Part shown: in pieces, positions 43,299-53,640 of the stretch | Position numbering within the stretch: position 1 is the first letter of the stretch | Layout: each line of letters begins with the position of its first letter | Assembly: GCA_963815195.1 (NCBI GenBank) | Contig: CAWFGE010000013.1 | Coordinates: 128,001-192,000 of the forward strand | DNA from: an uncultured Planctomycetaceae bacterium | GTDB taxonomy: Bacteria > Planctomycetota > Planctomycetia > Planctomycetales > Planctomycetaceae | Direction: 5' to 3' | Length of the DNA: 64,000 nucleotides | Translations under genes and position numbers: made by a program | Notes under the pieces: model-generated | What the model saw: only the letters and a program-made list of their open reading frames with translations | What the model was told of the DNA's origin: nothing | Databases searched by the model: none

Positions 43299-44240
43299 TC
43301 AGAAATCGGCGGCCATTGCCAATGCGCCGTGGACGACGACCTCTTCGCCGAGTTGGGCGGGAACGATTTCGTAACTTCCCGCGAGCGGCGGAAACACGAA
43401 CTGCCGCACGGATTGGCGGAGGGGTTGGAAGAACAAGTCTTCCCCGCTGAGCGAAACGCCGCCGCCGATGACGATCACCTCGGGAGCGAGAAGCGTGATG
43501 ACTTGCGCGATGCCCCAGCCCAACGTTTCGAGCGCCGATTGCCAAACCTCGATCGCCAGCGGGTTGCCCTCGGCGGCGAGTTGGGCGATTTGCCTGGCCG
43601 TGAGGGATTCGATGTCGCCGGCACACAGCGTGAAGAACTCGGACATCTCCTCGGTCCGGCGGGGCGACCTGAGGCGATTGTGGATCGCGCGTTCGATGCC
43701 CCGGCCGCTGGCGAAGGCTTCGACGGTCCCATCGATTTCGTTCGCTTCCAAGCCCACGCGGAGATGGCCGATCTCGGCGATGGCGGGTCGGCCCGTGCCG
43801 TCGGAGCGGCCGTCGATCACGAATCCCCCGCCCACGCCCGTGCCCACGGTCACGTAGAACACCCGGCCGAAATTTTCCCCCGCACCGAAGCGCGCTTCGG
43901 CGAGAGCCGCGGCGTCGCAATCGTTCCCCAGCACGGTTTGGCGGCCGAACGTATTTTGCGACCAATCGACCAAGGGGAACCCGTCCCAGCCCGCGATTTG
44001 ATGGCTCGTCGTCACCCGCCCGGCCGCCGGTTCCACCGGGCCGCCGAAGCCGATTCCGATGCGCGTGATTTCATACCGATGGAGCAGCGACGATCCGATC
44101 GCTTCCATCTGCGACAAAATCCCCTTCGCTCCCAAGAGCGGATCCACCTCGGCCCGTTCCGAGACCCTGAGGGAAGAGCCGTCCCCCGGCCCCACGCCCA
44201 ACTGCAACTTCGTGCCGCCGATTTCAATGCCTAAAAACAT
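43299..44240 (-). CDS. ROK family sugar kinase
   Basis: GIEIGGTK, GNDCDAAALAE, TVGTGVGGG, EIGH, IGGGVS. Confidence 0.9.
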   Translation of the reverse strand: MFLGIEIGGTKLQLGVGPGDGSSLRVSERAEVDPLLGAKGILSQMEAIGSSLLHRYEITRIGIGFGGPVEPAAGRVTTSHQIAGWDGFPLVDWSQNTFGRQTVLGNDCDAAALAEARFGAGENFGRVFYVTVGTGVGGGFVIDGRSDGTGRPAIAEIGHLRVGLEANEIDGTVEAFASGRGIERAIHNRLRSPRRTEEMSEFFTLCAGDIESLTARQIAQLAAEGNPLAIEVWQSALETLGWGIAQVITLLAPEVIVIGGGVSLSGEDLFFQPLRQSVRQFVFPPLAGSYEIVPAQLGEEVVVHGALAMAADF

Positions 44241-44544
44241 CGCTCAACTTTTGAATGCGAATTGCAACGCCGCTGTCGACGGCGGATGAAAAGGAAACAA
44301 CGAAATCATGGGGCACGAAATCATGTTTTGCAATCGTCCGGCGGACCGGCGAGATCTTTCCCTTTCCGGACTTCCAATTCCGCGCGGCCGGCTCTATTAT
44401 CATGTATCGGCTCCTCCGATGGGGCCGGTGAATTGGTGCGATGAACGCCCGGCCCGCTTTCAATGGCGGTTGTCGGGCGATTTTTGTTTCTGGCGAATGG
44501 TTTCCAAAGATTCGACTCCCGCTGTCCCACTCAAGATGCGCCCG

Positions 44545-45735
44545 ATGATTCCCAACGATCTCTATGAACGCTACTGCGAATTGCAGCGCTACGTCGGCTG
44601 GACCGATGAGTGTGCCCGCCGCGTCCAATCTCTGGCGGCGATGATGGAGCCGCATTTCGCGGACCTGGTGGATGATTTCTACGCGGAGATCCAGAAGCAT
44701 CCGCGCGCGCTCCAGGTGATTACCGGCGGAGACGCCCAGATCGAACGCCTGAAAGGAACGCTGGTGAAATGGCTCCGGGAACTCTTCACCGGACCTTATG
44801 ACGCCAACTATATCGCCCGGCGGTGGCGGGTCGGCTATCGGCACGTGGAGATCGGCCTCGACCAGGTGTTTACGAACGTTGCCCTGTCGCGATTGCGGCA
44901 GGGAATTCATCGCGTCCTCGAGCAAAACTGGACCGGCGAGCCGGCGGAGCTGCTTAAAGTTCGCGACGCCGTCAACATGTTGATCGATCTCGACCTGGCC
45001 AAAATCGAGGATGCTTATCAGGCCGAGTATTTGAACCGCCAGCAGCAGGCGGAACGGCTGGCGACGATCGGCCAGGTGGCCGGGGGCATTGCTCACGAGC
45101 TTCGCAATCCGCTCAACGTCATCAAGACGTCGGTGTATTACCTGCTCAACGCCCGCAGCCCCTCGCCGGAGAAACAGGCCGAGCATCTGGGCCGGATTGA
45201 AAAACAGGTCGGGATTGCGGACGGGGTGATCACGGCCCTGTCGAGTTTTGCCAAACTGCCGATCCCGAACCTGCAGACGTTTTCGGTGCCGGCCCTGCTG
45301 CGGGACATGGTTCAGGAGGCTTTGCTTCCGCCGGAGATCGAGGCCGAGATCGACTGCCCGTCTTCCATCGCCAACGCGGTCGGCGACGTGACCCAGTTGC
45401 ACATCGTGCTGCGGAACCTGATCCGCAACGCCCGCGATGCGATGCCCGACGGCGGCTTGTTGACCATCCGCGCCGAAGGAGGCGACGATCATGTATTGAT
45501 TTCGGTCGAGGACACCGGGCACGGGATCGCGCCGGAAGATTTGCACCGCGTCATGCAGCCCTTGTATTCCACGAAGGCGCGGGGCATTGGCTTGGGTTTG
45601 GCGATGGCCCGGGCGATCGTGGAGAAAAACGACGGCTCGCTCACGGTCGCGAGCGTTCCCGGCGACGGGGCGACATTCACCGTTCGCTTGCGTGCGGAAC
45701 CTCCATCCGCCAAAATGGAATTGGAAAAACCCTGA
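44545..45735 (+). CDS. globin-coupled (protoglobin-type) sensor histidine kinase
   Basis: Globin: VDDFYAEI, RVGYRHVEIGL; HK: AHELRNPL, NLIRNARDAM, DTGHGI, GIGLGL. Confidence 0.88.
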   Translation: MIPNDLYERYCELQRYVGWTDECARRVQSLAAMMEPHFADLVDDFYAEIQKHPRALQVITGGDAQIERLKGTLVKWLRELFTGPYDANYIARRWRVGYRHVEIGLDQVFTNVALSRLRQGIHRVLEQNWTGEPAELLKVRDAVNMLIDLDLAKIEDAYQAEYLNRQQQAERLATIGQVAGGIAHELRNPLNVIKTSVYYLLNARSPSPEKQAEHLGRIEKQVGIADGVITALSSFAKLPIPNLQTFSVPALLRDMVQEALLPPEIEAEIDCPSSIANAVGDVTQLHIVLRNLIRNARDAMPDGGLLTIRAEGGDDHVLISVEDTGHGIAPEDLHRVMQPLYSTKARGIGLGLAMARAIVEKNDGSLTVASVPGDGATFTVRLRAEPPSAKMELEKP

Positions 45736-45838
45736 CATCCAAAAGTTTATGAGTCGCGCGGAAACTGGATCTCATCGAGCTTTTCGCCCGCGGGACAATC
45801 TTCGTCTGCATTTATTGCTGGGATGCGCCCGATCGCTC

Positions 45839-46579
45839 ATGAATGAATCTCCAAAAGTCCTCGTTGTCGACGACGACGCGGACACTTGCCAAAACCTGCA
45901 AGATATTCTCTCCGACATGGGCTATGCCGTGGACACTGCGCAGGATGGGCCGACTGCGTTGAAGATGGTGCAGCAGACGCCTTACGACGTGGCCCTGTTG
46001 GATCTCAAGATGCCGGGCATGGACGGCTTGATGCTATACCGCGAAATCCGCAAGCTCCGCGCGGGGACCGTGGCGATGATTGTCACGGCCTATTCCACGC
46101 CGGAGACGACCAGCGAAGCTCTGAGCGCCGGGGCTTGGAAGGTCATGTCCAAGCCGGTGGACTTTTCGCAGCTTCTGCCGTTGCTCGACCAGGCGACGCA
46201 CCAACCGCTGGTGATGGTGGTGGACGACGATCACGACCTGTGCGAAAACCTCTGGGACCTGCTCCGCGACCAGGGCTACCGCGTCTGCCTCGCCGCGAAC
46301 GAACGCGAGGCCGCGGCCCGCCTCGAAGGGCGAAACGTGCAAGTCGTGCTGATCGACATGAAACTCCCCACCGGCGACGGCCGCGATGTCTTGAAGCGAG
46401 TGCAGGAACTGTCGCCCGCGGCCCGCACGCTGCTCATCACGGGACACCGCGACGAGACGTCTCAAATGGTTGAGGACGCCGTGCGGGACGGGGCGGACGG
46501 CGTGTGCTACAAACCGTTCGACATGCCCCAGCTTCTGGAATTGCTCCAGCGTCTGTCTCAAGCCGATGGCGATGAATAA
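45839..46579 (+). CDS. response regulator with two receiver domains
   Basis: VLVVDDD..LLDLKMPGMDG..KP; VMVVDDD..LIDMKLP..KPF. Confidence 0.9.
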   Translation: MNESPKVLVVDDDADTCQNLQDILSDMGYAVDTAQDGPTALKMVQQTPYDVALLDLKMPGMDGLMLYREIRKLRAGTVAMIVTAYSTPETTSEALSAGAWKVMSKPVDFSQLLPLLDQATHQPLVMVVDDDHDLCENLWDLLRDQGYRVCLAANEREAAARLEGRNVQVVLIDMKLPTGDGRDVLKRVQELSPAARTLLITGHRDETSQMVEDAVRDGADGVCYKPFDMPQLLELLQRLSQADGDE

Positions 46580-47645
46580 TTCCGCGCTCCGAATTTTGGT
46601 AATCGAAGATGACGAGGATACCTGCCTCAACCTGTGCGACATCCTCGAACTCGACGACCACACCGTCGAGACGGTTTCCACCGCGGCCGAGGCTCTCGTC
46701 CCCGGCCGGCTGTCCGTGGCGGAGGTCGTGCTCTTGGACCGCCGGCTGCCCGACGGCACCGCCGAACAGTTGCTTCCGAAATTCAAGACGCTCTCTGCGG
46801 ATGTGGACGTGATCATCATCACCGGCCACGCCGACGTGGACAGCGCGATCGCCGCTTTGCGGCAGGGCGCGACCGATTATCTTTTGAAGCCGATCAATCC
46901 CGAGGTGTTAAGGGCCTGTCTCCGCCGGCTGGCCGAGCGCCGCCGGCTGGCCGAGCGGCTCGTGCAGGCCGAGCGGCTCGCCGCCATCGGCGAAGCGATG
47001 GCGGGCCTCACCCACGAAGCCCGCAACGCGCTCGCCCGCAGCCAGGCCAATTTGCGCCGGCTGTCCCGGCGGCTCAAAGACCAGCCCGAGATGCTCGAGT
47101 TGATCGGCGGCGCGCTCGCCGCCCAGGAGGATGTGCAGCACCTGTTTGAGGATGTCCGCCAATACGCGGCCCCGCTCCGCCTCCGCCGGGAACCGACCGA
47201 CGTCGGGCGACTGGTGGACGAAGCCTGGGAGAAGCTCGCCCTCGAACGCAAAACGCGGGACGCGGAACTCCATCAAAACCGCGCCGGCAAAGACCTCGTC
47301 TGCGAGATCGATCCGTTTGCCATGCGGAACGCGTTTCGAAACCTTTTTGAAAATTCGCTCGCGGCGTGCGCCGATCCGGTGCGGATCGAGACCGCGTTTC
47401 GAGACACCCGGTTCGCCGGGAAACCGGCGATCGAAATTTCCATTCGCGACAACGGCCCCGGATTTCCACCCGAAACGGCGCAAAGCGTCTTTGAAGCCTT
47501 TCATACCACCAAAACGCACGGCACCGGTTTGGGATTGGCGATTGTGAAGCGGACCGTCGAAGAGCACGGCGGCCGCGCCCTCCTCGGTTCCGCCGCCGGC
47601 CCGGGGGCCGAAATCCTTCTCACATTGCCCAGGGGAACCTCATGA
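46572..47645 (+). CDS. hybrid receiver-histidine kinase
   Basis: ILVIEDD..LLDRRLPDG..KP; THEARNAL, NLFEN, DNGPG, GTGLGL; 8-nt overlap with upstream gene. Confidence 0.9.
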   Translation: MNNSALRILVIEDDEDTCLNLCDILELDDHTVETVSTAAEALVPGRLSVAEVVLLDRRLPDGTAEQLLPKFKTLSADVDVIIITGHADVDSAIAALRQGATDYLLKPINPEVLRACLRRLAERRRLAERLVQAERLAAIGEAMAGLTHEARNALARSQANLRRLSRRLKDQPEMLELIGGALAAQEDVQHLFEDVRQYAAPLRLRREPTDVGRLVDEAWEKLALERKTRDAELHQNRAGKDLVCEIDPFAMRNAFRNLFENSLAACADPVRIETAFRDTRFAGKPAIEISIRDNGPGFPPETAQSVFEAFHTTKTHGTGLGLAIVKRTVEEHGGRALLGSAAGPGAEILLTLPRGTS

Positions 47646-48229
47646 CGGAACCATTGCGTATCGCTATCGCCGACGACGAGCCGGAATTGCTCGCCGACCT
47701 GGAAGAGACGCTGTTGGAGTTCGGGCACGAAGTCGTTGCCAAGGCCCGAACCGGGGCCGATCTCGTGGAGCGCTGCCGGGACTTGGCTCCGGACCTCATC
47801 ATCAGCGACATCAAGATGCCCGACATGGACGGCCTGGATGCCGCGAAGCAGATCCGCGAGAACCGCCCCACGCCGATTGTCATCGTCTCCGCGTATCACG
47901 ATCAGGAATACGTCGATCGGGCCCTCAAAGAACACGTGCTCGCCTATCTGGTCAAACCGATCAACGACCAGAGCTTAAAGACGTCCATTTCCCTGGCCAG
48001 GCAGCGGTTCAAGGAATTTCAGGCCCTTCAAAATCAGGCGGCGGATCTGCATCAGGCGCTCGAAGACCGCAAACTCGTCGAGCGGGCGAAAGGCATCCTC
48101 ATGCAGCGGGCGGGACTCAGCGAACCCGACGCCTTCCGCCGATTGCAACTGCTCTCCAGCCAGAAGAACAAAAAGATGGTCGAAATCGCCCGCACCATCG
48201 TCGAAGCAGACCAGGCGTTTGGTTCGTGA
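47642..48229 (+). CDS. REC-ANTAR response regulator (AmiR/NasT/PdtaR-type)
   Basis: IADDE..SDIKMP..KP; ANTAR LEDRKLVERAKGILM..AFRRLQ..S..KMVEIA; ATGA overlap with upstream gene. Confidence 0.92.
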   Translation: MTEPLRIAIADDEPELLADLEETLLEFGHEVVAKARTGADLVERCRDLAPDLIISDIKMPDMDGLDAAKQIRENRPTPIVIVSAYHDQEYVDRALKEHVLAYLVKPINDQSLKTSISLARQRFKEFQALQNQAADLHQALEDRKLVERAKGILMQRAGLSEPDAFRRLQLLSSQKNKKMVEIARTIVEADQAFGS

Positions 48230-48243
48230 TCCGAATGCAAAAA

Positions 48244-48311
48244 GAAAGAGCCGCGCACGAAGTCAGCGGACGTGTGTCTCGCTTCCGCTGACTTCGTGCG
48301 CGGCTCTCTTT
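48244..48311. terminator. long hairpin between convergent genes (bidirectional terminator)
   Basis: AGAGCCGCGCACGAAGTCAGCGGA / TCCGCTGACTTCGTGCGCGGCTCT perfect stem. Confidence 0.8.
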
Positions 48312-48320
48312 GTGCCTTAG

Positions 48321-49250
48321 TCAATCCTTCTGCGCGTAGATCGCGATGATGTTTTGAAGCAGCTTCACCGCCTGGTCTTTCGGGCGCTGAAAGGCGTTGC
48401 GGCCGATGATCGAGCCGAAGCCCCCGCCGTCGCGGACCGCGCGGACATCGTCCAATAGCCCCTGGTCGTCCTTCTTCGCGCCGCCGGAAAAGATCACAAT
48501 CCGCCGGCCCGCAAACGTGCTGTGAACGACGTGCTTCACGCGCTCCGCCTGTGTGCCGAGCGCCACCTTTTGCGAGTCGTAAAGCTCCGCAACATCCACC
48601 CCGGCCACGTGCTCGCCGGGGAGTTTGACTTTGATGATATGGGCTCCCAACTGGGCGGCGATCTGGGCGGCATAGGAGACCACATCGATGGCGGTCTCGT
48701 CCTTCTTGTCGAGTTGCTCGCCGCGCGGATACGACCAGACCACGACGACCAACCCCGCCCGCTTGGCTTCCTCGGCGATCTTTTGCAATTGATCGTACAT
48801 CCGATTCGCCTCGGCGGAACCGGGATAAATCGTAAACCCCACCGCCGCGCAGCCCAACCGCAAGGCCTCTGCGACGGAACCGGTGACGGCCTGCATCGGG
48901 TTTTTGCTGGAGTGGAGCATTTCGTGATCGTTGAGTTTGAGGATCAACGGAATCTCCCCGGCGAACCGCCGGGCTCCCGCTTCCAAAAACCCCAGCGGCG
49001 CAGCATAGGCGTTTAAGCCGGCTTCGAGGGCCAACTCGAAATGATAGTGCGGGTGATTGGCCGGCGGATTGGGCACAAAGCTGCGGTCCGGGCCGTGCTC
49101 AAATCCCTGATCGACCGGCAGGATCAGCAACCGCCCGGTCTCGGCCAGCGTGCCGGTCCCCAGCAGCCGCCGCAGATTGGCCAGTGTCCCGGGACAATCC
49201 GACTCGTACCAACTCAGGATTTCCTGCACGCGCTTGGATGCAGCCATCAT
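48321..49250 (-). CDS. fbaB: class I (DhnA-type) fructose-bisphosphate aldolase
   Basis: ILPVDQGFEHGP, WSYPRG, AQLGAHIIKVK, FSGG, GSIIGRNAFQR. Confidence 0.9.
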   Translation of the reverse strand: MMAASKRVQEILSWYESDCPGTLANLRRLLGTGTLAETGRLLILPVDQGFEHGPDRSFVPNPPANHPHYHFELALEAGLNAYAAPLGFLEAGARRFAGEIPLILKLNDHEMLHSSKNPMQAVTGSVAEALRLGCAAVGFTIYPGSAEANRMYDQLQKIAEEAKRAGLVVVVWSYPRGEQLDKKDETAIDVVSYAAQIAAQLGAHIIKVKLPGEHVAGVDVAELYDSQKVALGTQAERVKHVVHSTFAGRRIVIFSGGAKKDDQGLLDDVRAVRDGGGFGSIIGRNAFQRPKDQAVKLLQNIIAIYAQKD

Positions 49251-49345
49251 CTCGCTCCTTGAATCTCAAACCGAAAATGGTCGAACGCTCTGTTTCCCAT
49301 TATTATCTCAGATCATTTCTGAGAGGCCATGCCATTTTGCGATTC

Positions 49346-51145
49346 TCAATTTTCGTTGGCGGCGGGCAGTGGTTCGCGTCCTTCCACGACGATGTAGCTG
49401 CCGGGCTCGACGTCGGGCCATTCATCGACCTGCCCCGACGGCCACGTGATTTTCAGTTTGGGAAGAATCGTTTTCTCGCCCAAGCCCAGGTGCACGCGGC
49501 GGTCGGAATGGGACTGAAAACTCCCGCCGCCGATCACTTCCCGCAACAGCGGCAGGTCGAGCCCTGCGGTTTCCACGACGGCATGGACCGCGGAGCGATT
49601 CGACCGGGTCCCCCCCACCAGTTTGAGGAGGAGGCTTGGGGGCAATCGAGCGGAGTCGTTTCGCAGGAGCACGGAGGGGCCTTTCTGATGGGAAATCGCC
49701 GCGTCGAGGTCGCCGTCATTGTCCCAATCGCCCACGGCCAATCCGCGGCCGATCCACGACGCTTGAAAATAGTCCCCGGCCCAGGGGGACACATCGACAA
49801 ACCGCCCGCCTTCGTTGCGGTAGAGTTGCGGCCGCATCGCATAAGGCGGATGGCCGGCCTTGTGCCGCAGGTCGTCGATGTGCCCGTTGGCGATCACGAG
49901 ATCGAGCCGGCCGTTGTTGTCCGGGTCGAAGAACTCGGTGCCGAAGCCCAAGGTCAACCGGCTTGAAGGCCCCAATCCGCTGGCGACGGTCTCGTCCAGA
50001 AACGCCTGGCCTTCCAGGTTGTGATACAGCGTGTTCGTCTCCGCATAAAAGTGGGTCAGGAGCAAATCCTGCCAGCCGTCGGCGTCGTAATCGCCGCAGG
50101 CCACGCCCATGCTCGCCTCGGCTTTGCCGTCCCGGTTGACCGAAGCTCCCAAGAAGCCCGCCTGGTTTTCAAACCGGGGCTGTGCCGATTCGCCGCGATT
50201 GACGTAGAGAAAATTCGGCATGCCGTCGTTGGCCACATACACATCGGGCCGGCCGTCGCGGTTGAAGTCGAACACCGCGATGCCCAAACCCTTCCCGTCC
50301 ACCCCCGTGATGCCCAATTCCTCCGTCGCGTTCCGAAACCCGCCTTGGCCGTCGGAAAGAAACACGACATCGTCCGCTGCGGGGAACATCGTGGGCGGAC
50401 ATTGCGAATAACCGTCGGGGCTTTCCGCGTCGGGACACAGCTTGGGCGGATCGTCCGACGCCTGGATGTAATCGACGATGTACAAATCCAGGTTTCCGTC
50501 CTGGTTCAAATCGGCAAAGGCCGCGCTCGATCCCCACCGCGCCACATCGGTGCCGGTTTCTTTGATGACATTTGTAAATGTCCCATCCCCGTTGTTTCGC
50601 CAGAAAGCGTTTCCGCCCTGGCAGTTGATGTAAAGGTCGTCGAACCCGTCGCCATTGTCATCGCCGACCGCCACGCCTTGGCAGTACGCGGTCCACACCA
50701 GACCAGCCGAGGCGGTCACATCCTGAAACTGCCCATTGCCCTCGTTTCGATACAGTCGGCTCGTGAAATTTCCGCGGTCTTTTTTCAGCGGCAATCGGCA
50801 GCCGTTGGCGAAGAACACATCGAGCCGGCCGTCGGCGTCGTAATCGAAGAATGCCACTCCGCCGCCGTTGACCTCGAGAATCCGGTGCTGACCCCGCATG
50901 TCGTCGTAACGCTCGAACGAGATGCCCGCGGCCTCGGTCACATCCGAAAACGACGGAATGAACCCCGCAGGCCGCTGGCGACCTTTCGCTTCCGGTTTCG
51001 ACGATGCGTTGACAGCAGTTCCGGGAGCGGGCGGCATTGGGGAAACCGGGTTCGACTTCTTAGGCGGAACCGATTCCTCGGCGTTCTCGCAACCGACCAA
51101 ACACAGCAGACAGCCGAGGACCACAGCGAACACATTAATTCTCAT
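49346..51145 (-). CDS. CRTAC1 family FG-GAP / ASPIC-UnbV lipoprotein
   Basis: LVGC lipobox; repeated DxDxDG; C-terminal GGGSFQSHSDRRVHLGLG..ITWPSG. Confidence 0.92.
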   Translation of the reverse strand: MRINVFAVVLGCLLCLVGCENAEESVPPKKSNPVSPMPPAPGTAVNASSKPEAKGRQRPAGFIPSFSDVTEAAGISFERYDDMRGQHRILEVNGGGVAFFDYDADGRLDVFFANGCRLPLKKDRGNFTSRLYRNEGNGQFQDVTASAGLVWTAYCQGVAVGDDNGDGFDDLYINCQGGNAFWRNNGDGTFTNVIKETGTDVARWGSSAAFADLNQDGNLDLYIVDYIQASDDPPKLCPDAESPDGYSQCPPTMFPAADDVVFLSDGQGGFRNATEELGITGVDGKGLGIAVFDFNRDGRPDVYVANDGMPNFLYVNRGESAQPRFENQAGFLGASVNRDGKAEASMGVACGDYDADGWQDLLLTHFYAETNTLYHNLEGQAFLDETVASGLGPSSRLTLGFGTEFFDPDNNGRLDLVIANGHIDDLRHKAGHPPYAMRPQLYRNEGGRFVDVSPWAGDYFQASWIGRGLAVGDWDNDGDLDAAISHQKGPSVLLRNDSARLPPSLLLKLVGGTRSNRSAVHAVVETAGLDLPLLREVIGGGSFQSHSDRRVHLGLGEKTILPKLKITWPSGQVDEWPDVEPGSYIVVEGREPLPAANEN

Positions 51146-52430
51146 CGCGGGGATCCTTCGGCGATTGGGGAGTCTTGTCCGCATCGGCGTCGATCCGCTT
51201 GACGAGTTCAGCGATCAATTCGGCTTGCCGATCCAATCCGATTTCGCGGCAGAGTTGGGCGATTTCGGTCAAGGGCTGCCGGGCGGTGGTCTCGTTGACG
51301 ACCCAGCCCAGGCGGTTTTGAATCCGGCCTAAAACGTCCGCGATCCGCAGCATCTCTTTTCGTTCCTCGAGCCGCTTTTGACCGGCGCACGCTCGCGCGA
51401 GCCCAAGATAGGACGCCACGTTCGCCGGGTCCGATTTTAACACCATGCGAAAACAACGTTCGGCTTCCGCAAATTGCCCCCGGCGATTGCGGGCCTGCCC
51501 GCGCATCCGGAGCAGCAGCCACGGCTCCCCCTCATCGGGCGGCGGCAGGCTGTCGACCATGTTCTCGAGCGCCAAGAGTTCGCCCGCTTCGGAATAGAGA
51601 AACAGCCGCGCGGCCCGGACGTGCGGATCCTTTGCGGACGTCGGGTCGATGCCCTTCAGGAGTTCGCGGGCCTGGTCCAATCGGCCTTGCCCCACGCGGT
51701 AGCGGGCCATCGCCGCGGCGATTTTCGCATCGCGGGGATCGGCTTTCCAAAACCCCTCGCACCAATGCACCGCGTCGGGGCCGTTCCAGCGGAGCAGCGT
51801 CGGAAAACAATAGGCCAGAGTATCAAACGCGTCCGCGAGTCCTCGCTCGTGCATCTCGGCCAAGAGATCGCGCCGCTCGCGAAAGCGAAGCTCCACTTCG
51901 AGAATGTACCGGAGCCGCTGCATCGCGTCTTGGTGATGTTTCGCCGACGCTTGCGGCGATTTCTTTTCCAAGGCGAGAAACTCGCGGAATTGCCGCTCCG
52001 CCTGATGCGCTTGATTCAAATGTAAGAGCGCGAAGCCCTGCTGATAGCGGGCCATGTGGCCGTATTGCCGATGTGCGCTGGGAATCTCGGCAAAGCACGC
52101 CGCCGCGGTCGCATAGTCCTCGCGGCCCAGCGCCAACTCCGCCGCATAGGACAGCGCATCGATCCGCGTGGGCACGCGCTGATACCGGGAAAAAAACTCC
52201 ACGCGGGCTGACTGATACGCCTCGGCGGACAGCCCCGCGGGAAGCTCGGCTTCGGCCGGTTCGCTCTCCCGGCGACCTTGAGCAGCCGACGCGCCGGACT
52301 TTTGATAAAAAGCCCAGCCCACGCCGCCGGCGACCAACGCCAACAGCGCGAGCCCCGCGATCCAGATTTTCGCGCCGGATTTCACTGGGCCTCGTCTCGC
52401 TTGACCGTCGATAGGAATTGGATCGGCCAT
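51135..52430 (-). CDS. membrane-anchored tetratricopeptide-repeat protein
   Basis: N-terminal TM plus TPR-like helices (GQFAEAERCFRMVLKSDPAN). Confidence 0.8.
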   Translation of the reverse strand: MADPIPIDGQARRGPVKSGAKIWIAGLALLALVAGGVGWAFYQKSGASAAQGRRESEPAEAELPAGLSAEAYQSARVEFFSRYQRVPTRIDALSYAAELALGREDYATAAACFAEIPSAHRQYGHMARYQQGFALLHLNQAHQAERQFREFLALEKKSPQASAKHHQDAMQRLRYILEVELRFRERRDLLAEMHERGLADAFDTLAYCFPTLLRWNGPDAVHWCEGFWKADPRDAKIAAAMARYRVGQGRLDQARELLKGIDPTSAKDPHVRAARLFLYSEAGELLALENMVDSLPPPDEGEPWLLLRMRGQARNRRGQFAEAERCFRMVLKSDPANVASYLGLARACAGQKRLEERKEMLRIADVLGRIQNRLGWVVNETTARQPLTEIAQLCREIGLDRQAELIAELVKRIDADADKTPQSPKDPRDEN

Positions 52431-53533
52431 CGAATCCACTTCGCCTGGGGATGGGTCGTATGAATCGACAGATTCGCCGCGTCTTGCCGAGTGTGCACGG
52501 CGGGTTTCGTTGCCGGCGCGACCTGGATGGTCAGCTCGAAACATCGGCGTTCGGGCGTCGAGCGTTTCGGCAGTTCCTCGATCTCACCCGCCACTCCGGG
52601 CACGTCGCAGTCGATGGATTCCACGTTCCATTGCGACCCGTCGTTTTTGATGAAGAGATAGGCTCTCACCTGTTTCCCCGATTCCGCGGGAAACAACCCC
52701 AGGTCCACCGCGGCGGTCTGTTCGTCCCACCGCCAACCCGAGGAAGCCTGAGGAACCAACCGCACCGGCCCCCACCGCACCGCAAAAAGCTCCACCTTCT
52801 TCCGCTCCGCGTGGGGAGCATTCGTCTGCACCGTCCAACGGCGGCGGATCGGTCCCACGTAATCCTTTTGAACAAACTCGGTGACGATCCGATACCCGAA
52901 TTTCCCGCCGAACGCCGCCATGTCCTCCGGCTTCAATTTCACCGCGGTCGAATGAAACTCCGGGCTCGTTTCAAAGCCTTCGATGTCCCAATCCTTCACG
53001 GTCACGGAATACAGCGACGCCAAGAACGGTTCGGGTTCTCCGTTCGAACCGGTCTTAAACTGCCAGACGGGTTCTTTTTCGTTGAACACCGGGATCGCGG
53101 TGTGAAACTCCAAGACATCTTTCACCACCGTATAAAACCCCAGGCGGATCTTCATCCCTTCGCCTTCGTTGGTTTCCACGTTGACCCCTTTGTGGAGACT
53201 CGCCGTGGGTTCGCCGGGGATGATCGTAACGGTGACCTTTGTGGAACCGCCGGGCGGGACGGTGGGATGTTCAATTTGGCAGAACGCTTCGCAGCGGCGG
53301 AAGTTGTCGGTGGGGGCCCAGTTTCCCAGCACCAAGGGCGCCTGCCCGATATTTTGCACGGTGAACTCGTGGGAGACCTTCTGCCCCACGACAACCTGAC
53401 CCGCATCGTAAGAGGCCTGTTCGATGAAGGCTTTCGGCTTGGGGAGGTTTTTTGGTGGCCCGGATTCCGATTCGCCACAACCGGCCGCCAGACAACACAG
53501 AAGCAGCGGAAGCGAGCGCCGCCAACACATCAT
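52382..53533 (-). CDS. DUF1573 domain lipoprotein
   Basis: AAGC lipobox; YDAGQV..SHEFTVQNIGQAPLVL..C...C..VPPGGS. Confidence 0.75.
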   Translation of the reverse strand: MMCWRRSLPLLLCCLAAGCGESESGPPKNLPKPKAFIEQASYDAGQVVVGQKVSHEFTVQNIGQAPLVLGNWAPTDNFRRCEAFCQIEHPTVPPGGSTKVTVTIIPGEPTASLHKGVNVETNEGEGMKIRLGFYTVVKDVLEFHTAIPVFNEKEPVWQFKTGSNGEPEPFLASLYSVTVKDWDIEGFETSPEFHSTAVKLKPEDMAAFGGKFGYRIVTEFVQKDYVGPIRRRWTVQTNAPHAERKKVELFAVRWGPVRLVPQASSGWRWDEQTAAVDLGLFPAESGKQVRAYLFIKNDGSQWNVESIDCDVPGVAGEIEELPKRSTPERRCFELTIQVAPATKPAVHTRQDAANLSIHTTHPQAKWIRWPIQFLSTVKRDEAQ

Positions 53534-53640
53534 GTTCCGCCAGAAGGAATCGAAGACAGGGAAACGGGAAAATGCATATTCCCTATTGTTTCGCGTGCGG
53601 CCTCCGCAATCAACCCGGAGGCCGCACGATGCGAATCAAC

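Noticed and set aside
38531..43965. Long minus-strand ORFs (887 aa and 702 aa) and similar antisense ORFs elsewhere
   Set aside because: Shadow ORFs of well-supported genes in high-GC DNA, with no motifs.
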